Assembly: GCA_027021705.1 (NCBI GenBank)
Contig: JALUTT010000152.1
Span: forward strand, 1 to 64,000
Length of the DNA: 64,000 bases
DNA from: Anaerolineae bacterium
GTDB lineage: Bacteria > Chloroflexota > Anaerolineae > S140-20
Direction: 5' to 3'
Both the position numbers and the translations under genes were made by a program. Under the pieces are notes generated by a model. The model was not told the DNA's origin and made no database searches. It saw only the letters and a list, made by a program, of their open reading frames with translations. This document shows, piece by piece, positions 1 through 9,046 of the stretch (its first letter is position 1; the number at the start of each line of letters is the position of its first letter).

Positions 1-1235
1 TGCACGGCCTGGTGCGGGACGACCGGGGGCGTAAGATGTCCAAGACAACGGGCAACGTGGTGGACCCCCTCTGGCTCCTGGACGGGGCAGGGCCGGAGCA
101 GCTGCCCGAGTACGTCCGTTCCCAGTACCCCGATGGGCTGCCGGCCATGGGGGCCGATGCCCTGCGCTTCACCCTTCTCACCGGCTCCACGCCGGGCAAC
201 GACATGAACCTCTCCTTGCAACGGGTGGAGGCCAACCGCAACTTCGCCAACAAGATCTGGAACGCCACCCGCTTCGTCGTCAGCAACCTGGACGAAGGGG
301 AGGGGGCTCCTGAGCCCGTTTCCCATCTGACGCTCTCCGAGCGGTGGATCCTCTCCCGCCTCAACAACGTGATCGCGACGGCGACCCACCTCATCGAGTC
401 CTACCAGTTCGGCGAGGCGGGACGCCAGGTCCACGAGTTCTTCTGGGGCGAGTTCGCCGACTGGTACATCGAAGTGAGCAAGATCGCTCTGTACGGCGAC
501 GATGCCGAGGCACGGGAGCGGGTGCGCTCCGTGCTGGTCCACGTCCTGGACCAGAGCCTTCGCCTCCTGCACCCCTACATCCCCTTCGTCACCGAGGAGG
601 CGTGGCAGCACCTCAAGGAGGCCGCCGGCGACCGCTACCCGGCGCTGGCCTCCCTGGTGGGGACGACGCCGCTGCTACCCGCCGGCTTTCAAGGGACGGC
701 ATCGGCCTGGGGACCGGCCCTCATCATCGCCCGCTGGCCGGAGCCGGGGGAGCGCGACGAGGAAGCCGAGGCCGATTTTGGCCTGTTGAAGGAGCTGATT
801 CGGGGCATCCGCAACGTGCGGGCCGAGTATCGGGTGGAGCCCGGTCGGCGCATTCCGGCCCTGCTCGTGGGCAATGCCAAGACGGACCTCCTGGAGGCTC
901 ATCGGGAGGTGCTGGTGCGCCTAGCCCGCCTGGACCCCGAGGCCCTGACGATCACCTCGACCGGCGAGCCCGACGGCCAGGTGGCGACGGTGGTGGTCGG
1001 CGGCGTCACCGGCTACCTGCCCCTGGCCGGCCTGGTGGACCTGGAGGCGGAGCGGAGCCGCCTGAGCAAGGAACTGGACCAGATCGTCCGGCAGATCGCC
1101 CGCAGCGAGCGGCTGCTGGCAGGCCCCTTCGCCGAGCGAGCGCCGGCCGAGGTGGTCCAGCGGGAGCGGAAGAAGCTGGCCGATCTGCAGGCCCGCCGAC
1201 GGCAACTGGAGGAACGGTTGGCCGCCCTGGCCTAG
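1..1235 (+). CDS. valS: Valine--tRNA ligase, C-terminal part (5' end outside window)
   Basis: HGLVRD..GRKMSKT (KMSKS motif), GADALRF, RNFANKIWNA, DWYIE, LHPYIPFVTEE, C-terminal coiled coil. Confidence 0.95.
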   Translation, partial: HGLVRDDRGRKMSKTTGNVVDPLWLLDGAGPEQLPEYVRSQYPDGLPAMGADALRFTLLTGSTPGNDMNLSLQRVEANRNFANKIWNATRFVVSNLDEGEGAPEPVSHLTLSERWILSRLNNVIATATHLIESYQFGEAGRQVHEFFWGEFADWYIEVSKIALYGDDAEARERVRSVLVHVLDQSLRLLHPYIPFVTEEAWQHLKEAAGDRYPALASLVGTTPLLPAGFQGTASAWGPALIIARWPEPGERDEEAEADFGLLKELIRGIRNVRAEYRVEPGRRIPALLVGNAKTDLLEAHREVLVRLARLDPEALTITSTGEPDGQVATVVVGGVTGYLPLAGLVDLEAERSRLSKELDQIVRQIARSERLLAGPFAERAPAEVVQRERKKLADLQARRRQLEERLAALA

Positions 1236-1283
1236 GGGCGGACGACTGCCCACCCAAGCACGCGAAAAGGGGAGAGATAGACC

Positions 1284-2216
1284 TTGATCCTCATCACCGG
1301 TGCAACGGGCTTCATCGGGCGCCACCTAACGCGCCGGCTGGCCCGGGAGGGCTGGCCGGTGCGTTGCATGCTGCGCCCAGGACGTGGTGCCAGCCGGCTC
1401 GCCGGCGGCGTCTCCGTCGAAGTCGTCACGGCAACCGTGGACGACCCGCCGGCCCTCCGAGCGGCCATGCTGGGCGTGGACACCGTCATCCACCTGGTGG
1501 GGACCAAAGTCGAGCGGGGAGACCAGACCTTTGAGGCGATCAACTACCGGGGGACGGTGAACGTGCTCGAAGCGGCCCAGGAGGCCGGCGTCCGCCGCTT
1601 CATCCACCTCAGCTACTTGGGGGCCGACCGCTCCTCGGCCTATCCCTTCCTGCGGAGCAAGGGACAGGCCGACGAGGCCGTCCGCTCCAGCGGGATGGCC
1701 TACACCATCCTGCGCCCCTCCATCGTCTACGGTCCGGGAGACGACTTCACCACCCACCTGGCGATGCTCATCAAGGTGACCCCTTTCGTCTTCCCGGTGT
1801 TGGGGGATGGCCGGAGCCGTCTCCAGCCCATCCACGTGGAGGACCTGGCCCGCTGCATCGAGGCCACCCTGCGCGATCCGACGACGGTGGGCCAGGTGAT
1901 CCCCCTGGGCGGCCCTCAGCACCTGACCTACGAGGAAGCCCTGACCACCATTATGCGGGTGATCGGCTCCCGGCGGGTCCGCCTGCACGTGCGACGTCCG
2001 CTGATGCAGCGTTGGGTGGAGATCACGGGGAGGTTCTTCGCCCGCCCCCTGGTCACGTTGGCCGATCTCGACCTTCTGGCGATGGACAACATCACCGACC
2101 TGGTCAGCGTTCCCCGCCACTTCAAGTTCGAGCCCCGCCGTTTCGCCGACAGCCTGGACTACCTGCGGGGTCAGCCTTGGCGGCGGCTCTTCTGGCGGCT
2201 GCTCCGCGCCGGTTGA
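1284..2216 (+). CDS. NAD(P)-dependent epimerase/SDR, complex I NDUFA9-like
   Basis: N-terminal ILITGATGFIG Rossmann motif, RPSIVYG, QPIHVEDLA. Confidence 0.8.
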   Translation: MILITGATGFIGRHLTRRLAREGWPVRCMLRPGRGASRLAGGVSVEVVTATVDDPPALRAAMLGVDTVIHLVGTKVERGDQTFEAINYRGTVNVLEAAQEAGVRRFIHLSYLGADRSSAYPFLRSKGQADEAVRSSGMAYTILRPSIVYGPGDDFTTHLAMLIKVTPFVFPVLGDGRSRLQPIHVEDLARCIEATLRDPTTVGQVIPLGGPQHLTYEEALTTIMRVIGSRRVRLHVRRPLMQRWVEITGRFFARPLVTLADLDLLAMDNITDLVSVPRHFKFEPRRFADSLDYLRGQPWRRLFWRLLRAG

Positions 2217-2241
2217 CGATCGGCCTGCCCTGTGCTATACT
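2213..2241 (+). promoter_or_regulatory. sigma70-type promoter for the HNH gene
   Basis: TTGACG-17 bp-TATACT with TG extended -10. Confidence 0.6.
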
Positions 2242-2326
2242 GCTTCTTGGCGGGCAGTGTTCAGTGGTTCAAACCTGGCCTGGCGTTCCCCTGCTGGGAA
2301 GTCTGTGGCCATTCCAGGTGGTCTCG

Positions 2327-2836
2327 ATGGAACCTCACCAACCTGTGCTTCTGCTCAATGCCAATTACGAGCCGCTGGGCGTCTGCACCATCCGACGGGC
2401 GATGGGGTTGCTGATCGTCGGGAAGGCGGAGATCGTGCTGGATGGGCGAGGACTGATCCACACCCCGACACGGGCCTTCCCTCGCCCCTCGGTCATTCGC
2501 CTCTCCTATATGGTGCGTCGCCCACGCCCTCGGGTGAAGTTGAGCCGCCGGGAGGTCTTCCGTCGGGACAACTACACCTGCCAGTACTGCGGACGCCGCA
2601 CGGGTCGGCTGACCCTCGACCACGTGATCCCCCGTCACCGGGGAGGGACCCATAGTTGGGAGAACCTGGTGGCTGCCTGCCCCCAGTGCAACCGCCGCAA
2701 GGGGGGGCGCACCCTTCAGGAAGCCCATATGCACCTGCTCCGCCAGCCCTTCGAGCCGGCTCCCACGGCCCTCTACCTCTACGGGCGTTACCTGGAGGAG
2801 AACCAAGAGTGGGAACCCTTCCTCGCCGGCTGGTAG
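2327..2836 (+). CDS. HNH endonuclease (McrA-like, stand-alone)
   Basis: VLLLNANYEPL N-terminus; RDNYTCQYCG, TLDHVIP..GG..SWENLVAACPQCN. Confidence 0.9.
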   Translation: MEPHQPVLLLNANYEPLGVCTIRRAMGLLIVGKAEIVLDGRGLIHTPTRAFPRPSVIRLSYMVRRPRPRVKLSRREVFRRDNYTCQYCGRRTGRLTLDHVIPRHRGGTHSWENLVAACPQCNRRKGGRTLQEAHMHLLRQPFEPAPTALYLYGRYLEENQEWEPFLAGW

Positions 2837-2882
2837 GCCCCTGGCACCGTCGGTTCGCGGCGGTGCTGATCTCAGACTCCCA

Positions 2883-4004
2883 TCACGGCCTCGCCGAGAG
2901 GCCGTTTTTCGTCTTCATCGCCTCCAGCAGGGCCAGCATCCCCCCGGCGACGAGGGAGTGGCCTCCCAGGACCGCCGGCAGGGGGGCCTCGCGAGCTGCT
3001 TGGGTGAAGCGACGCAGGAAGGGGTCCCTCACCTTCTCCACCTCGAAGAGGTCCGAGTAGTAGCGGTCGGGGGCCGAGGGCCAACGTCCGTGGGCAGCCA
3101 TCAACACCCGATCATCCAGGAAGACCGCTTCGGCCATCTCCCCCAGCCGTCGGAAGAACGCCTCCGGTCCCACCAGCTTGAGGAGCTCCGCCAGCAGCGA
3201 CCGGACCTCCCCCCGGGCCAGGCGTCCGCTGGCCCGCATCCCCCGTTCCTCGGCGAAGACCCGTACCCAGCAGCGCGTTTCTCGTTCCAGCGCCGCCCAC
3301 ACTGACGCTGAGACGCGGCCGGCGATGATAACCTGCCCCCCCTCTCGCCGGAGCACGGCGAGCGCCTCTTCCAGGCGGCTCAGGTCCCACTCCAGCCGGC
3401 GGAGGAGGGCGCGGCTGTGAGCGCCGGCCTCTGGGTGCAGGGCCAGGATCATCGCGTCCACGGGCGTGTCCACGTCGAACTGGGTGGCGGCTGAGCGGGG
3501 CAGCGTCTCCACCGGAAATCCGGCCTTTTCGGCCAGCACCCAGGCTAGGGCATTGTCCGTGGACAGCACCTCGGCCAGCGGGGGGATGGCTGAGGCCGGC
3601 GTGAAGGCCACCCAGTCACTGGAGTGGAGGTTGTTGGTCAGCGCGGTGCGTCGCTCAATCGTCAGCCGGGTGACGACCTGGGCCATCTGGGCAGGGGAGA
3701 GGAGGGGAGCACTTCCGGCTCCTATGTAGAAGGCCCGCGCCACACTGTAACGGGTGATCAGGTCGGCCAACCGCCGTCCGAAGTGGAAAGGCTCCCCTTC
3801 CCGATCCAGGTCCACGATGATGGGATGGGAGGTCAGCCCTTCAGTCCAGGCAGGGTCATCGGTGGCCACCACGATCTGAGAGACCTGGGGGATCGTGGCC
3901 GCCTTCTCCAGCGTGTCCAGGGCGATGGCCTGGCGGATTCGGCGGAGGGTCCTTTCGATGGGGCTGTTCCCCCCACCGCCGTCGAACAAGAGCAGGGTGA
4001 CCAT
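2883..4004 (-). CDS. Hypothetical protein, possibly CofC/GT-A-like nucleotidyltransferase fold
   Basis: Long ORF with IVVATDD, FHFG and FDVDTPVD motifs; start placed at MVTLLLF. Confidence 0.5.
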   Translation of the reverse strand: MVTLLLFDGGGGNSPIERTLRRIRQAIALDTLEKAATIPQVSQIVVATDDPAWTEGLTSHPIIVDLDREGEPFHFGRRLADLITRYSVARAFYIGAGSAPLLSPAQMAQVVTRLTIERRTALTNNLHSSDWVAFTPASAIPPLAEVLSTDNALAWVLAEKAGFPVETLPRSAATQFDVDTPVDAMILALHPEAGAHSRALLRRLEWDLSRLEEALAVLRREGGQVIIAGRVSASVWAALERETRCWVRVFAEERGMRASGRLARGEVRSLLAELLKLVGPEAFFRRLGEMAEAVFLDDRVLMAAHGRWPSAPDRYYSDLFEVEKVRDPFLRRFTQAAREAPLPAVLGGHSLVAGGMLALLEAMKTKNGLSARP

Positions 4005-4148
4005 TGTCAAAAGGTATCTATTCAGCCTACCCTCCCGCGAGTCACCGGTCGAGGGCACTTTCAGCCCCGATGAGCTATTGGAAGCACGGTTTCGCGTCGG
4101 AAACACGCCTAACCTGCGGGAGGGTGAACAGTTACGTCAAAACGTCAA

Positions 4149-4174
4149 AAGAAGCGGGGGCCATTGCGGCCCCC
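4149..4174 (-). terminator. Intrinsic terminator after hpf/raiA
   Basis: GGGGCC-GCAAT-GGCCCC hairpin followed by CTTCTTTT on the minus strand. Confidence 0.6.
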
Positions 4175-4198
4175 TAAAGCGGAGTATCGGGTAGGAGA

Positions 4199-4756
4199 TC
4201 AGGGCATCTGTGGTTGCAAGAGCCCGTAGTGACCATCTTTGCGCCGGTAGAGGACGTTGATGCTCTCGGTGTCGGCATTGTAGAAGACGAAGAAGTCGTG
4301 CCCCAGCAGCTCCATTTGTTCGATCGCCTCCTCTTCGTTCATCGGGACCACCTCGAAGCGTTTCACGCGGACAATGCGGGCTTCTTCTTCATCTTCCTCC
4401 ATCTCTTCCAAGTACTCTTCGGGCAGGGGCAGTTCACCACCGGCCCGGAACCGGTCCTGGCGCTTTCCTTTGTAGCGGGCGATCTGGCGGTACATCTTGT
4501 CCATGACGGCGTCAATGGCGGCAAAGATGTCATCGGTCCGCTCCTCGGCCCGCAGGATGCGCCCCCGGGTCCAGACCGTCAACTGGGCGATATGGCGATG
4601 TTGGGCGGAGCGGGTGTTCTCCATCGCCAGGTCCATGCGGGCGCTGGAGATGGTAGGCAGGTAGCGATCCAGCTTGCCGACCTTTCTCTCCACGTATTCC
4701 CGCAGGCGGGGGGTGACCTCGAGGTTTCGCCCGTGGATGGTGATATTGTCCAGCAT
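4199..4756 (-). CDS. hpf: Ribosome hibernation promoting factor (long HPF/RaiA)
   Basis: IHGRNLEVTPRLREYVERK N-terminus; EEAIEQMELLGHDFFVF..VLYRRKDG C-terminal domain. Confidence 0.93.
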   Translation of the reverse strand: MLDNITIHGRNLEVTPRLREYVERKVGKLDRYLPTISSARMDLAMENTRSAQHRHIAQLTVWTRGRILRAEERTDDIFAAIDAVMDKMYRQIARYKGKRQDRFRAGGELPLPEEYLEEMEEDEEEARIVRVKRFEVVPMNEEEAIEQMELLGHDFFVFYNADTESINVLYRRKDGHYGLLQPQMP

Positions 4757-4767
4757 AGTGCCTCCTT

Positions 4768-5601
4768 TCAGTCGCTCCTGGCAGACAGCCGTCTGCCGGC
4801 CGACGGATTGTGGTGTGCTTCCGGCGGATCAACAGAAGGTCTGCCGGAGGCGAAGGTTGGGCTCTCAGCGGCCCGATAGACCGTCGGGGGGCGGGCCAAG
4901 GTGAGCGCCCAAATGGATCCGGCCCCGGCCTGGCGCAGTGCTCTGGCACAGGCCTCCAGGGTTGCCCCGGTGGTGCACACGTCGTCCACCAGCAGGATGG
5001 ATTCTCCTTGCAGAGGAGGGGCCTGCCAGGTAAAAGCGCCCGCCACGTTCCGCCGCCGTTCTGAGGCGGCCAGGGAAACCTGAGGAGCGGTCTCCCGCTG
5101 GCGGATGAGTGCGTCTTCGGTGACAGGGCAGCCGATGGCCCATCCTAGACGGTGAGCCAGCAAGGTCGCCTGGTTGTAACCCCGCTGGCGCTGACGGCGT
5201 TCGTGGAGCGGGACGGGGATCAGCAGGTCTATGGACCATCGGAGTTGGGGCCAGTAGGCGACCATCATCTCACTCAGAGGGGCGGCCAGTTCCGTCCGAC
5301 GCCGGTACTTGAAGTGGTGGATCGCCTGGCGAAGGGGGGCCTCGAAGAAGGCGACAGAGCGGATGCCGTCAATTATCGGTGGAGTCCGGCGACATTGGGA
5401 GCAGAGCCGACCATCGTTCAAAGGACGGCCACAGCGCTGGCAGAGCGGGGGCTGGATAGGGGTCACGGAAGCCCGGCATTGGGGACAGAACCAGGTCCCC
5501 GGATCACCGCAACCGACGCATCGGGGTGGGAAGAGCAGGTCCAGCAGCCGCTGCCAGGCTGGGGCCAAAGCCTGACGCAGCAGCCTGAAGGTCTCCCCCA
5601 T
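4768..5601 (-). CDS. comF: ComF family protein (double zinc ribbon + PRTase-like)
   Basis: LDLLFPPRC..C, CxxC pairs, RGYNQ, LLVDDVCTTGATL. Confidence 0.9.
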   Translation of the reverse strand: MGETFRLLRQALAPAWQRLLDLLFPPRCVGCGDPGTWFCPQCRASVTPIQPPLCQRCGRPLNDGRLCSQCRRTPPIIDGIRSVAFFEAPLRQAIHHFKYRRRTELAAPLSEMMVAYWPQLRWSIDLLIPVPLHERRQRQRGYNQATLLAHRLGWAIGCPVTEDALIRQRETAPQVSLAASERRRNVAGAFTWQAPPLQGESILLVDDVCTTGATLEACARALRQAGAGSIWALTLARPPTVYRAAESPTFASGRPSVDPPEAHHNPSAGRRLSARSD

Positions 5602-6527
5602 CAGAAGTTGCCGAAGACGTTGAGTTCCATAACCTGGAGGACCGCTGGCCCTAGCAGGACGATCCAGATGGTGGGGAAGATGAAGAAGACCAGCGGGAAC
5701 ATCATCTTGACCGGGGCCTGGTGGGCTTTCTCCTCGGCCCGCTGGCGGCGACGCATCCGCATCTGGTCCGACTGAATGCGTAGGACCTGGGCGATGCTGA
5801 CGCCCAACTGATCGGCCTGGATGATAGCGGCCACAAAAGTGGTCACATCGGCGACTTCCGTGCGGTCGGCCATGTTGCGCAGCGCCTCACGTCGGGGCTT
5901 GCCCAGCCGGATCTCCTGGATGACGCGGGCGAACTCCGTCGCCAGCGCGTTGTCCCATTTCTCGACCACCTTGTTCATCGCCGCATCGAAGCCCAGACCG
6001 GCCTCGACGCAGATCGTCAGCAGGTCCAACGCATCGGGCAGCGCCTTGACGATCTCGTCCTGACGCCGACGAATCTTGCTCCCCAGCCAGAGGGCAGGGA
6101 AGAGGTAGCCGGTGCCACCGGCGAGACCGGTGAAGAGGAGCCGGCGGGACATAGGGGCCTTGAGCACGGTGAAGAGGAGGAAGAAGAGGCCGGCCAGAAG
6201 CACTGCAGCGATCAGCCGGAACCCCATAAACTCGGCTGCGGACCAGTTGTAGGGATTGCCCGCCAATTCCAGTTTGTGTCGAGTGGATTCCAGGGTCTTC
6301 TGGGGGGTGAAGCGAGTGATGAAGTCGGCCACGCTGCGGACCATCGGCACGATGATCCGCTGGGTAAAGGGGATGGAAAGCTCGATCTCCTCCAACGTCA
6401 CCGGGGTTTCCCGACCGCTGTACTCCAACAGACGCTCTTGGATGGTGTCGCTGGGGTCGGGGGCTGCCAATCCGATGAAGACCAGGACGATGCCCAATCC
6501 CACCAAAGCCGCTACCAGGAAAATCAT
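5601..6527 (-). CDS. tadC: Tad pilus assembly protein TadC (T2SS F family)
   Basis: LPDALDLLTICVEAGLGF, QADQLG, RQRAEEKA..APVKM. Confidence 0.9.
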   Translation of the reverse strand: MIFLVAALVGLGIVLVFIGLAAPDPSDTIQERLLEYSGRETPVTLEEIELSIPFTQRIIVPMVRSVADFITRFTPQKTLESTRHKLELAGNPYNWSAAEFMGFRLIAAVLLAGLFFLLFTVLKAPMSRRLLFTGLAGGTGYLFPALWLGSKIRRRQDEIVKALPDALDLLTICVEAGLGFDAAMNKVVEKWDNALATEFARVIQEIRLGKPRREALRNMADRTEVADVTTFVAAIIQADQLGVSIAQVLRIQSDQMRMRRRQRAEEKAHQAPVKMMFPLVFFIFPTIWIVLLGPAVLQVMELNVFGNF

Positions 6528-6574
6528 CCTCCACCTCCCTGGAGAGTCCCTACACGCTCTTCCTCGAACACTGA

Positions 6575-7540
6575 TCAGACCTCGATGCTCACGATCTTGC
6601 GGATGACAAAGGTACCGATGCCGAGCAGGATGGCGATGATGCTGAGCATAATCCAACCGCAGGGGTGTCGGAACATCCGCAGGATGTACTCCCGGTTCAG
6701 TACCATTAGCAGGAGCATGATGGCGATGGGGAGTCCACCGATGACGTAGCCGGTGATGCGTCCCTGGGCCGTCATCACCGAGATCTCCCCTTTGATCCGA
6801 ACCCGCTCGCGGATAGTGTAGCTGATCACGTCCAGGATTTCGGCCAGGTTGCCGCCCACCTCTCGCTGGATGTTGATGGCCGTGATCATCAGGTCCAGGT
6901 CCTCGCTGTCAATGCGACGCAGCAGGTTGGCCAGCGCCTGTTCCATTGAGAGACCCAACTGGACCTCCTGGACCACCCGTCCGAACTCTGGTCCGATGGG
7001 TGGGGGCATCTCTTTGGAGATGGCTTCCATAGCTTGGAGGACGCTGTAGCCGGAGCGCAGGCCGTTGACCATCAGGTTGATGGCGTCGCCGAGTTGGTCG
7101 TTGAACTGCTTCAGGCGGCGTCCTTGGCGGTAGCGAACGTAGAATCGGGGGGCGAAGTAGCCACCCAGGGCCGCGACGGCGGGGAGGATGATTCCTCCGA
7201 AGAGGAAGTAGCTGGCCCCTGTGGCCAAAATGACGGTGATGACCTGGAGGGCCAGGAACTCGCCCACCGTGAACTTTAGGTCGGCCCGGGCCAACTGGGT
7301 AGCCATCTTCTCGGCCCAGGTGCGGCCGGCCAGGGCCCGGTTCAACCCTTCGGTCAGAGGCGAGCGACGATCCTCCTTGCGGACAGCCTGTTCCTCGCCT
7401 TTGCCCAACTCATAGCCGGCCTCAGCGTAGCGTCCCAGCCGCTCCTGGACGACCGCCTCTCGATTGCGGAGAGAGGAGACAACCCCTACAGCCACCAGGA
7501 GAAGCCCCAGACCTCCGAGGGCGATGACCATCGTTACCAT
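6575..7540 (-). CDS. tadB: Tad pilus assembly protein TadB
   Basis: F..QLGDAI..LRSGYS, IQREVGGNLAEIL, TAQGR. Confidence 0.9.
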   Translation of the reverse strand: MVTMVIALGGLGLLLVAVGVVSSLRNREAVVQERLGRYAEAGYELGKGEEQAVRKEDRRSPLTEGLNRALAGRTWAEKMATQLARADLKFTVGEFLALQVITVILATGASYFLFGGIILPAVAALGGYFAPRFYVRYRQGRRLKQFNDQLGDAINLMVNGLRSGYSVLQAMEAISKEMPPPIGPEFGRVVQEVQLGLSMEQALANLLRRIDSEDLDLMITAINIQREVGGNLAEILDVISYTIRERVRIKGEISVMTAQGRITGYVIGGLPIAIMLLLMVLNREYILRMFRHPCGWIMLSIIAILLGIGTFVIRKIVSIEV

Positions 7541-7604
7541 CGTCGCCTCCTATCCGTTTCCCTCTCTCCTTCTATTTCTATGGGGGTGGCTACGGTCTCG
7601 CCGT

Positions 7605-8981
7605 CTACCCGAAGCGCAGCCGCTGACCCACACCGAAGACACTGGGAGGCAGGTGGATGTTAGCCGCTTCGATACGGTCCATGAACTTGGGGCGGATGCC
7701 GGTGGGGCGGAGCCTACCGATCACCTTGCCGCCTTCAAAGCCTGTCTGCTCGAAGGCGAAGATGTCCGACATCACAATGACGTCCCCCTCCATTCCCTGG
7801 ACCTCGGTGATGTTGACCACCTTCCGGGTCCCATCGCGCATACGCTCTTGGTGCACGATCAGGTCCACGGCGGAGGCGACCTGCTCCCGGATGGCCCGCA
7901 CAGGCAGGTCCATCCCGGCCATCAGCACCATCGTCTCCAGGCGGGCCAGGGTGTCCCGGGGACTGTTGGAGTGGAGGGTGGTCAGGCTTCCGTCGTGGCC
8001 GGTGTTCATCGCCTGGAGCATATCCAGCGCTTCCGGCCCACGGCACTCCCCCACCACGATGCGGTCGGGGCGCATTCGCAGCGAGTTGATCACCAGGTCC
8101 CGGATGGTGATCTCACCTCGGCCCTCGATGTTTGGGGGGCGGGACTCCAGGGTGACCACGTGTTCCTGGCGGAGCTGCAGCTCCGCAGCGTTCTCGATGG
8201 TCACGATCCGTTCATCATTGGGGATGAAGCCGGAGAGGATGTTGAGCAGCGTGGTCTTCCCGGAGCCGGTACCTCCCGAGATGATGATATTCAGGCGGGC
8301 GACGACGCAAGCCCTCAAGAACTCTACGGCCTCCGGGGTGATGGAGCCGAATTCGATCAGGTTCTCCACCGTCAGCGGGGTCTTGGAGAACTTTCGGATG
8401 GTGATCACCGGCCCCACCAGGGAGATGGGGGGGATGACCGCGTTCACGCGGGAGCCATCGGGCAGGCGGGCGTCCACCATTGGGGAGCTCTCATCAATGC
8501 GCCGTCCCAGCGGGGCGACGATCCGGTCAATGATGCGCATCACGTGCTCATCATCCTCAAAGGTCACGTTGGTCCGTTCGATCTTCCCCGCCCGCTCGAT
8601 GTAGACGTTCTTGGGGCCGTTGACCATGATCTCGGTGATGGTTTCATCTTTCAGTAGGGGTTCCAAGGGGCCGAACCCCAGGATCTCGGCGACGATCTGC
8701 TCGAAGAGCCGTTGCCGCTCCACGCGGCTCAGGATCAAGTTTTCCTCAGCTAGGATGGCGTTGTACAGCTCCTCGATGGTGCTTCGGATCTCGTCGGTCT
8801 TTGAGACATCCATCGTGGGGTCCAGTTCGGCCAGCAGCCGGTTCTGCACCCGGGTTTTCAGGTCCAGGTAGCTATCCCGCGTGGGGGCCGCTGGCTGGCG
8901 ACGTACCCGCAGCTCTGCCAGCTTGGAAGGTTTTTCCGTCGCGGGAGTTTGCCCTCGTTCAATCCGCTTAAGCAGTGACAT
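7605..8981 (-). CDS. cpaF: Tad pilus ATPase CpaF/TadA
   Basis: GGTGSGKTT Walker A, LRMRPDRIVVGECRG, AMNTGHDG. Confidence 0.95.
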   Translation of the reverse strand: MSLLKRIERGQTPATEKPSKLAELRVRRQPAAPTRDSYLDLKTRVQNRLLAELDPTMDVSKTDEIRSTIEELYNAILAEENLILSRVERQRLFEQIVAEILGFGPLEPLLKDETITEIMVNGPKNVYIERAGKIERTNVTFEDDEHVMRIIDRIVAPLGRRIDESSPMVDARLPDGSRVNAVIPPISLVGPVITIRKFSKTPLTVENLIEFGSITPEAVEFLRACVVARLNIIISGGTGSGKTTLLNILSGFIPNDERIVTIENAAELQLRQEHVVTLESRPPNIEGRGEITIRDLVINSLRMRPDRIVVGECRGPEALDMLQAMNTGHDGSLTTLHSNSPRDTLARLETMVLMAGMDLPVRAIREQVASAVDLIVHQERMRDGTRKVVNITEVQGMEGDVIVMSDIFAFEQTGFEGGKVIGRLRPTGIRPKFMDRIEAANIHLPPSVFGVGQRLRFG

Positions 8982-9046
8982 AGCGCTTTGCTCCTCTCAG
9001 GTAACCCTGCTCTGGTTTCCTCACCTTCCCTCCCTCGGATGTGCTT

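Noticed and set aside
2327..2836. HNH as an IscB/Cas9-like or homing element
   Set aside because: Short stand-alone HNH with no RuvC motifs, no intron context and no adjacent array
4021..4130. tRNA-Sec, SRP RNA, or hammerhead/twister ribozyme
   Set aside because: Core consensus motifs are not matched by eye; kept only as an unclassified structure
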